From NCBI GenBank assembly GCA_028534125.1, contig CM052839.1, forward strand, positions 44,082,001-44,146,000: a stretch of DNA of 64,000 nucleotides, read 5' to 3'. The translations under genes and the position numbers were made by a program. This DNA is from Lama glama (taxonomy: Eukaryota). The notes under the pieces were generated by a model, which saw only the letters and a program-made list of their open reading frames with translations, did not search any database and had not been told where the DNA came from. Every line of letters starts with the position of its first letter. Within the stretch, counting starts at the first letter, position 1. Of the stretch, positions 12,541-23,570 are shown piece by piece.

Positions 12541-15273
12541 GAAAATGAGTGTATTTTTAACAGTTCCACTGCCCGGACTCCCTGGGGACCTTTGGAGAAC
12601 CAGCCTGGCCTCCCTTACCTGACCTCAGAGGAGGAGAGAGAGAGACGCGTGCGTGGGGAGGGAGACCCCCAAGAAGGGAGCTGGCCTTGCGGGCCCGGGT
12701 GCGAGGCCCTTGCCTGCGTCTTTGAGTTTGTGGGAAGCAAGGGAGGGAGAAAGTTGGAGCTGTTTTCATTTTGTGATGCTTTTGAAATACCGTCTGGATC
12801 AAGGGAAATTAAATATTGCAGCTTTTAACTGGAGCCACCCTGAAAACACCACCTCGCAGTGAATAAAAATACGATTTACCACCGTGACACTTCCATTTAA
12901 CAAAACCCCCTGTGCGCCTCATTTGTAATTATTCCCAACTCGGTGAGGGATGCCCCCGCCCCCGGCCCCTCACTATATCATCCCCACAGCCGGGGGCCTG
13001 CAGGGCTGGGCTGGGCTGTCCGGAGAGGTGGAAGGGGTCTGAATGAGGTGCGTTATGATTGAGATTAAACTGAAAAATCAATTTTTAATTGAATGTATTC
13101 TTTGAACAGGCCCTGTTGCCCATGGCTGAGCACTAATGGAATTTCCATCCTAAGCTGCCCCTTCTCTGTGGATGCCCCCTCCCCACTTTACTGACCCCAG
13201 CAAGACTGACCAGGCCAGTGGCTCACCCCCTACTGGGGTTAGCAACCGACTGGACTCAGCCCGTGGGCTTCTGAGGGCAAGGTGGCTGAGACCACCCCTC
13301 TGAGGCTTGTGCGGGGTAGGGAAGGGGCGGGGGCTGGTGGAGGGCCTGCCTTCTCTGAGCAGACTGGCCAGTGGTGGGCGGGGGGATGCCTGGGGCCTTC
13401 TGGACAGCCCAAGAGCTGCTGCTTCTAGCCCCAGCCTGGGGGTCTCACAAAGTGGGGGGTCTGCTCTGCCTCCGGATCCTCACGAAGGGGCAAGTCCCAG
13501 GGTGGGGGTCAGGAGGGTCCCAGGGAGTGCTGCTCCCTCCCCTGACCCTGCAGGCCCCCTCCCCTGCACCCCTGCACCCCTGTTCCGGGACTCAGGACAA
13601 GAAGACAAGGTGAGGAACCCGGAGCGGGGGCCAGGGAAGGGGGACCCGGAGCCAAGGTCTCCGTCTCTGCGCCTCTGCCTGCGCCCCCCAGTGTGGCTCC
13701 GAGCGCTGTCTGACGTACGAGGGGCGAGCTCCTTTCACGTTTCTCTTGTAGGGGAGCTGGCTGGGTCTGAGACGGACTCGAGCCCCAGCGAGGTGGGTCC
13801 CCGTGCCTGCATCTTGGGGAGTCCCACCCCCGTGGGAGGGGACCAGCGCTGACCTTTGCTGGGTCAGCGTACTGGGAGCTCACCCTCTTCTCTGCCTTCT
13901 CTGGCCTCCTTCCTGCCCAGGCCTCCCAGAGGGCCTCCCCAACCTCGGGATGGCGGCCTTTAACTGCATTGTCCTGGGCCGGGGCTATAAACCGGGTCTC
14001 AGGCGTCTCCCTGCCCTCCCCGAGTGACCCCTGCTCTACACCCTCTTTGCCTCAGATGTTTTCATCCATTTCTCGAGGCCCCCACACTCCTGGGTGGGCC
14101 TGAGCCACAGCATGGTGGTCTTCTCCCAAGCATGCCGCCACCCGGACCACGTGGAGTGGTTCGCAGACCCAGGCTCGGCCCAGCTGCCAGAGCCAGAGTT
14201 CCCTCCCACCAGGGACACCTCTGTGCCGGCCCACAGGTGACCCTCAGCCCATCAGCCTACTTAAAACCATGTGTGGGGCTCACCAGGGACAGGAAATGGG
14301 GGGCAGCCTTCCTCCAGCATAAGCCCCCTACTCTGGAAGCCAAGGTCAGCTTTGCACCCAAGGGCCAGGCATGTTTATGGCCGGAAGGCAGTGGGCCCCT
14401 GAGCTCTCCTGCAGGAAGCACTAAGTTACGAAGACCCTCTCTCCTTTCTTAGTCTACGAGGATCCCCACCGGGGCCCCCGAGTCACTGCGGGGCACTCCT
14501 GTCCCTGTTTACAACCTGGACAGACCCATAGCCTGGACGGATCCACAGCCCCCGCCTGTCCCCTGCCTCGTCCTTCCACTCAAGGACGGTCCACGAGGAG
14601 AGGCCGGACCTCAAGGCACCCCTGAGATGCGTGTGCGGCCTGCCTGGCCCACACCTGGGGAAAGATGGCAGGCTCCCTGTGGCGAGTTCTTCCCATGACA
14701 CTCCCTGTAGAGAAGGACAAATCTAAGCGACAAGGCCCTGCACAGGAGCCGCTGGGTGAGGGAGGAGAGCCGGGCTGGGCAGGCAGGCGGACGCAGGCTT
14801 GCCCTCCCCCGGCCTCTCGTCCAGGCCAGGCCCTCCGAGCCAGCAGGAGAGCCACTGTGCGCCCACCTCGGAGCTGTTCCCAGGCTCCCAGGCAGGAGGA
14901 GGCGAGCCCACCTGTGCTCTCCCCCTCGGCTGGCTCCTGCCGAGACCAGGCGACCCTACCACAAGCCCTCGGGGCTCTCAGCACAACCTCCCTGACCCAC
15001 AGCCCGGGGCCGCTAAGTGCTGCCTGTCCCAGGAAAGTCAGGAAACACAGATCTCTGAGGAAAGCTGCTCGGGAGCTCAGAGCACGAGCTGGGGACACAG
15101 CTGCCGATGACGGCTGGTCTCTGAGCTCAGGTGGGGCCTCCGCCCGGAGGCCGTGCGTCTCAGCTCCGATGTGTCACCCCCTCTCCTGGTGGGGGCTGGG
15201 ATTCTGACCCAGCAGCGGGGGGCAGGCCCGAGCGTCTGCACCCCAAACAAGCTTGCAGCCGTCTGTCTGCCTG

Positions 15274-15453
15274 CTGGGGATTCTCAAATGTGGCCGCACA
15301 GTGAAATCACCGCAGAAGTTTTAAAAAATACCAGTGCCTGTGTCCCAGCCCCAGGGGGTCTGATGTCACTGGTCTGGGGTGAGGCCCTGGCACAGGGGAT
15401 TTTTAGAGCTGCCCTAGGGGATCTGAACGTGCAACTGAGTTTGAGAAGCACTG
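15274..15453. mobile_element. MER5 (MER5B-like) hAT-Charlie DNA transposon, full length
   Basis: Termini 'ctggggattctcaaa' / 'tttgagaagcactg' and the internal 'ttttaaaaaataccagtgcctg...ggtctggggtgaggccctggca..ggatttttagagct'. Confidence 0.85.
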
Positions 15454-17174
15454 GCCTGGATAATGGCCGGAGGTGGCCTCATGGGCACTGGCTCGCTGGT
15501 GCTCTCTGGAGCCGGCCCCTAGCTTCCCCGCCTCCGGCAAGCAGCACCCACCGCTCCTGCTGGGGAGAGCCTTGCCTCCTTGGGGCCTGCGGGGGCCGGC
15601 TTGGTACTGGGCGCTCATGGTGTGGAGGCTGGACACGCTCTGTCTGCACCCCCCTGCCCCCCGTTTCTCTTGGGCAGTCTGGTTTGGGAGAGCCCACCTG
15701 GGCCCTGGCAGCTGAGGCCTGGCCACCACCTGTCACTTTGGCCCAGTGACTACTGACACGTGGGGCCCGTCCTTCTCTGTGTGGGGGGCGTCCTGGGCAC
15801 CAAGGCAGGTTGAACAGCATCCCCTGCCCCACCCACTAGAGGCCAGCAGCTCCTCAAGGGTGGCTATCTGAACTCTTCCCCAGACATCGACAAACGTCCC
15901 CCAGGGGCACAAGCAGCCAGCGGGGAGCACTGTTCTCATTCAGCACCTGGGCCCCCGCACAGGGATCCAGGCTGGCACAGAACAGCTCCATGACCCCACA
16001 GGCAAGGCATCCGGTGAGTTGGTCCCCCGTCTCAAAGTCACGTCAAACCACATCGGGGGACACCAGTGATGCAGCTGTCAGTCGCAGGTGTGGACTTGAA
16101 CTCAGGATCCATCGTCTTTGCCCCAGTCTGCTTTAGGTTCAGGCTCACACCCGACTCTCCCCTTCTCTGAGTCGTTCTGGCCCCACGTCCACGCCCCTGT
16201 GAGACCTGACGGGGCTACCTGCTTCCAAGCAGAGCCCTCCGGTTCCCAGGGGTTTGCAGGGCAGCCGGCAAGCCTCCTGCCAGCCTGGGGGCAGTAGACG
16301 GCTCTCCCCGCTCCCGCCCGCCAGCACATCACTGTGATCCCCAGGTCCACTCCCTTGGCCACGAGCGCCAGCAATCCCAGCGCCGGCCCACTGCTCGGGC
16401 TGGCCTGCACACGAGTGCCTGTTCTCACCCCACCTGGGGCCAGTTTGTGTGTGACAGTGTCCAGCACCATGCTGGGGCACCACAGCATGGAGAAGCACTG
16501 AGTACAGCTGTTCCTGCATCCCAGCCCCTCCTGGTGACCGTCCACAGCCCCCTTGGTCCCTGCCTGGCCCGGAGAGTTCCTGCTCAGGGACCTGCCGCCT
16601 GCAGTGGGAGGAGACAGCCTGCTGGAAGCACCTCCGCCGCGGCTGTGCTGCTCCCTCTTCCAGCTCGATCCCGCCCCGAGCAAGGGGGCAGGTGGGCGGA
16701 TGCCCACGCAGAGCCCCTGCGGTCAGCCACCAGACAGGGTGCCAGCACTGTCCCTGCCCCTCCGGCTTCAGCAAGGCACAGTCAAAATCCCGGCTCCTGG
16801 ACATACCCAGGGCCAGATCCTTTGCTTCCAGTCCTTCAAAAGAAACCAGACAAAATAAAAACCAGCACATGAGCATGGGCACCCGGCCCCACACCAGCGG
16901 TGGTTTCCAGCCTGCCGTGTGAGTGTGGACACTGGTGCCGGCACCTGCCCTACCTGAAGGAAGGGCCTGGCCACGTTTCCACCCTTGGAGACAGGAAGGC
17001 CCGCGTCGGCGGTGGTCATGGGAAGGGAGGTGGCAGTGATGGTGGCTGTGGGTGTGCTGGAAATGATGGGGTGCATCGTGGGGCAGGGCAGTGCGTGGCC
17101 TCCCAGGGGAAGGAGGAGACCAGGCCAGGGCCCCCTTCTGCAGATGCTTGAAGTGAATTCCCAGCCCTACTCAG

Positions 17175-17280
17175 ACTCACACCAGCCTATGCAGCCCGTT
17201 TTACAGAAGGGGAAACAGACGTGCAGGGACAACAAATAACCTGGAAACGTCAGAGCTGGGATTTGAGCCCAAAGCGCTGG
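17175..17280 (-). mobile_element. MIR SINE fragment
   Basis: 'cccgttttacagaaggggaaacaga...cagagctgggatttgagccca'. Confidence 0.75.
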
Positions 17281-18224
17281 AAGTGGCTGTAAGAGGCCGT
17301 AAGACCACCACGCTGAGTGTCCCGGGGGACACAGTGCTCCCTAACCAGCCAGACCCAGGAGGGCAAGGCATTCAGGGCCACCAGCCAGCACTCCACACGC
17401 CTGGCTCCGAGCTGCCCGGGGGCCCTGCCTGCTGCCCCACGCGTGTGTCCAGGCCGGGGTCTGTGACCCTTGTCCAGGCAACCGGCTGGGCCGCCCGCGA
17501 CAAGGCAGCACTCGTCCTGAGCTGACAAGCGCCTTCGATCTAGCCTCTCCCTCATGCNNNNNNNNNNNNNNNNNNNNNNNNNNNNNNNNNNNNNNNNNNN
17601 NNNNNNNNNNNNNNNNNNNNNNNNNNNNNNNNNNNNNNNNNNNNNNNNNNNNNNNNNNNNNNNNNNNNNNNNNNNNNNNNNNNNNNNNNNNNNNNNNNNN
17701 NNNNNCGCCGTTGCGGCGCGGCCTGCCTGCACGTGGACACCGGGGCCGGCCCGGGCAGGAGCCTGGGGCCCGGGCGGCACCAGACTCGGCGCTCAGCCCG
17801 GCCTCGCACCTCCAGGCTGGGACCTGGACCCGCTTCCTCGCCTGAGACCCCAGCCAGCACTCGTCCTGAGCACTGAGAGATGGGGGCCCGAGGACTGGAC
17901 ACACAGTCACTGTGGCTGCTCTGGGTCTGGGGCGGGGGATGACAGCCGACACTCCTTGCCCCGTGTGCCGAGGGCAGCCACCCGGCATCTCCCGAGCTTC
18001 CAGCTCTGGAGTCCAGTTTCCCACCAGTGTCCCTCCCAGGCCTCACGAGGGCCTCACTCATGAGCTCTTTCCGGGCTTGGGTGAGTCTGGGTGGAGAAGT
18101 TTCTAGAAGCTTATGCTGACCTGCTCCTTGTTGCTGTGGCCCAGGGATGGGGGAGAGGGGCAGGGGGCAGTGCTAATGCTGCAGGCCTGACACCAAGATG
18201 TGGGAGAAGCCAAGGGAGGGGAGA

Positions 18225-18440
18225 GGAGCACGCGCCCCGCAGCCGGGCTGTGGTTCAAATCCTGCCTCTGCCCTTCGGCTGCTGGACACCGTCCTCAGGC
18301 TGCTTAACCTCTCTGGGCTACCGCTTCCTAGTCCCAGAACAAGGCTGCCTGGCAGGTGGCCGAGGGGGAAATAAGACACAGAATCCTATCACAGTGCCCA
18401 AAGGGAACACGGAGTCGGCCACCTGGGAGCAGTTACTAAT
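18225..18440 (+). mobile_element. MIR SINE
   Basis: 'ggttcaaatcctgcctctgcc...gcttaacctctctgggct'. Confidence 0.7.
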
Positions 18441-21400
18441 GGGAGACTCGCTTCCAGGTGCCCAGACTGAGGTCTGGGGACGGGGGCAGTGAACACCATC
18501 GCTGTGGCCGTGGCCAGCGCCCTCCGGGGCCTACGAAGGCCGGGCCGGGGCAGCGAAGGCTGACCTCTCCAGAGGACAGGAAAGGCTGCGACCACCTTCC
18601 TAGGCGTTAAATCGGCTCCTGAGTTTGCAAGATCATAGTGGGGGAGGGGAGCAGTCTGGGGCTCTCCCAGGAATTCCAAGGGACTGGAAAAGAATTCACT
18701 CAAGGGATAGTGAAAACAAACCCCACGCTGCCCGGAGACTTCGGTGGGTGGGGCCTGCGGACAGCAACTGATGACAGGTCTCCCGGAAGCTCAAGGTGCC
18801 AAAGGAGACCCTTCAGGGCCTCGAGGCTCCCACGGCCCCTGGAGAGAGACCCAGGGCTCTGTTACTATTGCTGCGGACGGTGTTTCCAAATTAGCAAACG
18901 CCGGGGAGGAGATGGGGACAGCCATCTGGGGATTAGCAGCGCATGGGAAGCAGCGTCACGCCCCCTCCCTGGCACAGTCCAGCTGCAGGGAGCCAGGATG
19001 CTTGGCTGGCGGGGGGATATGGGTGGGGAGGAGGGAGCACGGGGGGCCAGCCCCGACACCCTCCAGGTGGCTACACCGAGGCTCTATGGAGGGCTAGCTC
19101 AGCCTGAAGATGGGAGGAGCTGTCCTGGGGGAGGAAGGGGGCCGGGTGAGAGGACAAGGGCTTGGATGGCAGGAGGAGGGACGTGGGCTGGCTGCATGGA
19201 GAAGCTCAAGGCAGCCAGGCGTGTGAGACACCGGGAATCGTGCCTCGGGGGCATCTGTGGAAAATTCCTCCTGCAGGACGACACGAAAGCCTCCTTCCCC
19301 ACTGGCCACCCACGCACTCCGGGGGGCTGGGGCTGGCCTGTGTGCTTGCTCGCTCGAGCCTCCTCCCACTCCTCTGGAACCCCACCCCCTGCTCCCACCT
19401 GGGCTGCTGGCACGGTCCGGCCTCTGACAAAGGGCCCTGCAGGTCACCGGGCCAGACCAGTCCCGCAGGGTAGTGGGGCAGGGTGGCCGCTATCTGCCAC
19501 TGCACTGAGCTTCCCCTGCGCAGCCCCGCAGGCCGGGGCGAGGGGACAGAGACAGGCAGTTGGCAGGCACTATGAGCAGACGATCCACGCCCGAGTTAAG
19601 GATTCATGTTAAGCACGGCGGGTGGGGGACAGGGTGCGTGTACTTGGGAGCAGACAAGGAGGCGCTCTCAGAAGCTCGGTGTCCGCTGGGACGGGGTGGC
19701 CTGGAGCAGCCCTTACAGTCAAGATAAGAAAGTCTGAAGCACAGTGGGAAACAGAGGGGGGCCGGCCTGCTGGACACAATGTGGAGCAGCTGTCACACCC
19801 CAAGGAGACTGAGGCGTGGGGTCTGCAGCGGTCCCCCGGCTGTGGGTGTCCGGGCTCCTCCACTCTGACCAAGGGACAGAGCGAGCTGCCGTGGTTTCCC
19901 CACACCGGGGCACAAGGCCACAGGCCTGGGGGTTGCTGGGCGGGGGTAGGGGAGGGATGTGGAGCGGGGGAGAAGACCAGGAGGAGGGTCCCTGGGAAGA
20001 GAGGCTGTGGGGCCCAGCCATTCCAAGGCAAGAAGTGGCTCAGAAGTCAGGGGTCTGAGCAGGGAGGTGGGTTAAGGAAGAGACGATGCCTGCTGGGCCT
20101 GGGGGGTGCGGGCAGCAGAGGCAGGGCCTGGCTCTGCCCACTTGGGGCACTCAGCGCCACCCCAACTTGCTCTACCTGCACCCCGACCCCTCAAGGTGTG
20201 GGTCCCCCAGCCCGATAGCAGTTCCGTAAGTGCCTCAGAGACACCCCTGAGCCGTGAGCTTTGTCAGGATGGGAGGTGGCTGGTCCTCCTGATGCCCCCG
20301 CCCCACAGGTGGCGAGGCCGCCTGAGGGCTTTGGGGGTGGGGAGGTCCTGGGCCACCACTGGATCTGGGAGAGCTGGCCACCTCCTGGGGTAGGGCCTGG
20401 GGCCACAGAGGCTCACCTCCCCATCCTCACTTCCCTATCAGTCCCCTGCCTGCCTGGCATCCTGACCCTAATATTCAGAACACAGGTGAAGGCAGAGAGG
20501 AGCCCCAGGGCTGGATGGACTCTCCGAGTAGCCACGGGCCCTCAGGTAAGTTATTCCTGCTGTCTCTGTGTCCCTGACTGCAGTGGGGAGAACGAAGTCT
20601 CACTCCCCACGCTGCTCCCCTCCCAGGGAAACTTGCCCTGCAAAGTGCCTGGCCACTCCCAGGACCTGCTCTTCCAGGCAGGGCACCTCTGCTCGGCTGG
20701 GCACCTGGACACTCAGACCAGCAATAAAGTTTTGACGGGGGGGTGGGGGTGACCAACCACAAGGTCACCGTGCATGAGTTGGCCTGGGCCTCACACTGGC
20801 CCCTGCCCAGGGAAGTGTGACTCCCCCAGGAGTCCAGACCAGGAAACTGGGCTGAGTGGACTGGGAGCAGCAGAGCCCCAGCTGCCCACTCACCCCCTGC
20901 CCTGGGAGGGCTCAGGACATGGAGATGGACAAGACACGCACCCCAGGGTAAGTGACAAGACTGGGGGCCCAGGAGGGCCACCCCAGAGGGTAGGAGGTTA
21001 GGAAAGGCTGTTGGGCAGGGGTGGGACTTGGAGTCATGGAGAGTTGCGGGAGGGTCTTCTTGGCAGGGAGCACAGGCCCTGGGAGGGGACAGGGAGGGAC
21101 GAATGCCAGGAACTAAAGGAGAAATGGGGGAGGAAGAGGGTCGGGAATCGGGGGGCTCCCACCCACCGGCCCCCGAATGTAGGGCAGCTTCCCCCAAACA
21201 CCTAGTGGGCTACAGCTGTCTCGGCTGGGAGTCAGGAGATGCCCGCAGGGCTCAGGGTGGCGGGCTGTGGGACTGTGGGGACCCCAGACCCAGAGGGCTC
21301 TGTCCCTGCAGGGTCCCAGCCTACTGGGCCTGGACACTTCGGGACACCGCTCCCAGGCACCCCCGGCTCAGCCACACTGAAGCTGAGCAGCTGCTGATTC

Positions 21401-23084
21401 TGTCCAGCAAATACAGGCGCTGCCTCTGGATAAATCAAGGCGCTGCACCAGCCATCGGCCAGTGAGGAGGAGCTGGCCAAGGAGGCTGCAGGAGTGGGGC
21501 ACCTGCCTGCGATGGTGGCCCAGGACGGCAGGGAAGTGCCTTTCTCAGGGGCGGCCAAGGCAGGGAGGGCACCTTCCAGCTGGGCGGGGGACCACCCCAA
21601 CTTGGGAGGGAGGGCCTGCACCCCTGCCCTCGAGAGACGGGGTGGGGCACGTCACAAGAAGGAGTCACCCCCAGAGAGAGGCCCGGGGACGGGAGGGGCA
21701 GAGCGGACCCCAGAAGGAGACGGAGGGGTTGGAAGGGGAAGGAAGAATGCACTGCCCAACCAGAGAGAGAGAGGGGGGGACTGAGGGGGTCCAGCGCAGA
21801 GGTGAGGCAGGGAGGGCTGCAGAAGGAGCCACAGGAACAGTCTCCAGCAGGGAGAGGCGTGGGGCTCAGGCACCGGGTCCCTGACCTTTTGTATGACAGA
21901 ACAGGTCCCGCCCCCGGACTGCCACATTCTTGTGTTATTTGGTGCATTTCTGCAGACCTGGGCATGCTCGGGGACGTCCCTGGCCCTTCTCGGGTGAGGG
22001 GTCTGGGGTTGGGGGGCCTGCCATCCAGCACACCACACGCCCCTGAGCACTCCCAGGAGTGCAGGGAGGGGCACTTGCCCCAGCTTCTCTCCCCCCTGTC
22101 CCCGTCCCAAGTCTGTAAACAGCTCACCCCTCCCGCCCTGGTCCCGGGGGTGCTCTGCCCTGCCTGGGAGTCCCTCCCCCACACAACCGTGGATGCCCGG
22201 ATCCCAGACAAGGCTGGGTGCGGTGGTGCTGGGCGCAGGGGGTGAGAGAAGGGCCAGGAACGGGAACCACCCCCCATCACCCCCTTTCCCTGCACCTGTT
22301 GGCCGGCCGAGATGTGCCCGGGGTGTGGTCAGGAAGGTGAAGGTACTGGTCATTCTAGAATGTGTTGAAGGAACTCCATACTTAATTGAAAAAATTTCTA
22401 AATCCCCTCAGCTGGAGAAGTGTCTTTCTCCGCGAGAAGCGCATTCCCGGAGCTGGCGGGGGTGGCAGTGGGTGTGAGCACGGCTGAGCTCCCTGAACGG
22501 GGTCGGGGCTCCAGAATGACAGAGGTGGCTCAGGTGGACAGGCTCTTGGGAATCACTGTGGACCAGTACTCCTCGGGGCCCAGAGAGGTGGAGGCGCTTG
22601 CCCGAGGACACACAGCAGTCACCAGCGTGAATGTCAGGCCCTCAAGTTTCCCGTCCGGCGTTCTTTTCCTTCCACTTCCTCCCAATCTTTACTTGTTGCA
22701 CGAACATTACAGACGAGGGCAGAGAAAACAGAAAAGAGAATCACCTGCAATCCCAGAAGCTCAACCCCAGCACACGGTCTTCCCACCTCCTCACCTTGAC
22801 TCTGGCACCCTTGCCTACTTGGGACTGTGGATCCAGCTAAGCTCCTCCTGCTGCGGGGGCCGTGCCTCCTCCCCCACCCTCCTGCCGCTCCACGAGGCCT
22901 CCTCAGGCTGGGCCCAACCTCGGGCAGCACGATCGACTTCACCCTCCAGGGAGCACTGCAGACCCCAGCTGCCCTAGAGCCGGGGCGACCAGCCTGACTC
23001 CAGCTCCCACAGCAGCCAGGGAGAGGGAGCTGGAGCAACACACAGTGAACTGTGTCTCTCCACTACCTAACACCTCCTGATGAT

Positions 23085-23570
23085 TTCCGCAGCCCAAAGT
23101 GGCCCCCTGGTCATCCCTCTGCCTCCCTTTCTACTCCTGCCGTGCAGCTGACTCCAGCCGCTGGGGCCTTCTTTCAGTTCTTTGGACACACCAGGGTCCC
23201 TCTGCCTCAGGGCCTCTGTAGATGCTGTTCCTTGCACCTACAGTGCTGTTCCCCTCAGTCTCTCCACATCCAGCTTCTGCCAGTCCTTCAGCTTAAAAGT
23301 CACCCCACCCAGAGATGTCCTCCATGACTTCCCTGTCTAAAGTCCATCCCACCTCAGGACGGGTTAGCCTCCATCCCAGGACCCTGTTTTCACAGCACTG
23401 AGGCTGATTTGTAAATATTTCCTTAGTTTCTCGTCTACTGTCTCTGTGCCCCCGGAGACTGCGATGCAAGCCCACGAAGGCAGGGACCACATCAATCTCG
23501 TTCTCAGCTGTTTCTTCATTGGCACCATGATGCCTGGTACACAGCAGGTGCTCAATAAATGAATGAATCA
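23085..23570 (+). mobile_element. L2 LINE 3' end
   Basis: 'cctcagggcctctgtagatgctgttcc...gaaggcagggaccac...tgcctggtacacagcaggtgctcaataaatgaatgaat' is the canonical L2 terminus. Confidence 0.9.

Noticed and set aside
12212-12621. Consensus minus-strand splice donors (AAG/GTAAGT at ~12212-12220; CAG/GTAAGG at ~12613-12621)
   Set aside because: No convincing matching acceptor or coding frame; such 9-mers occur by chance in 64 kb.
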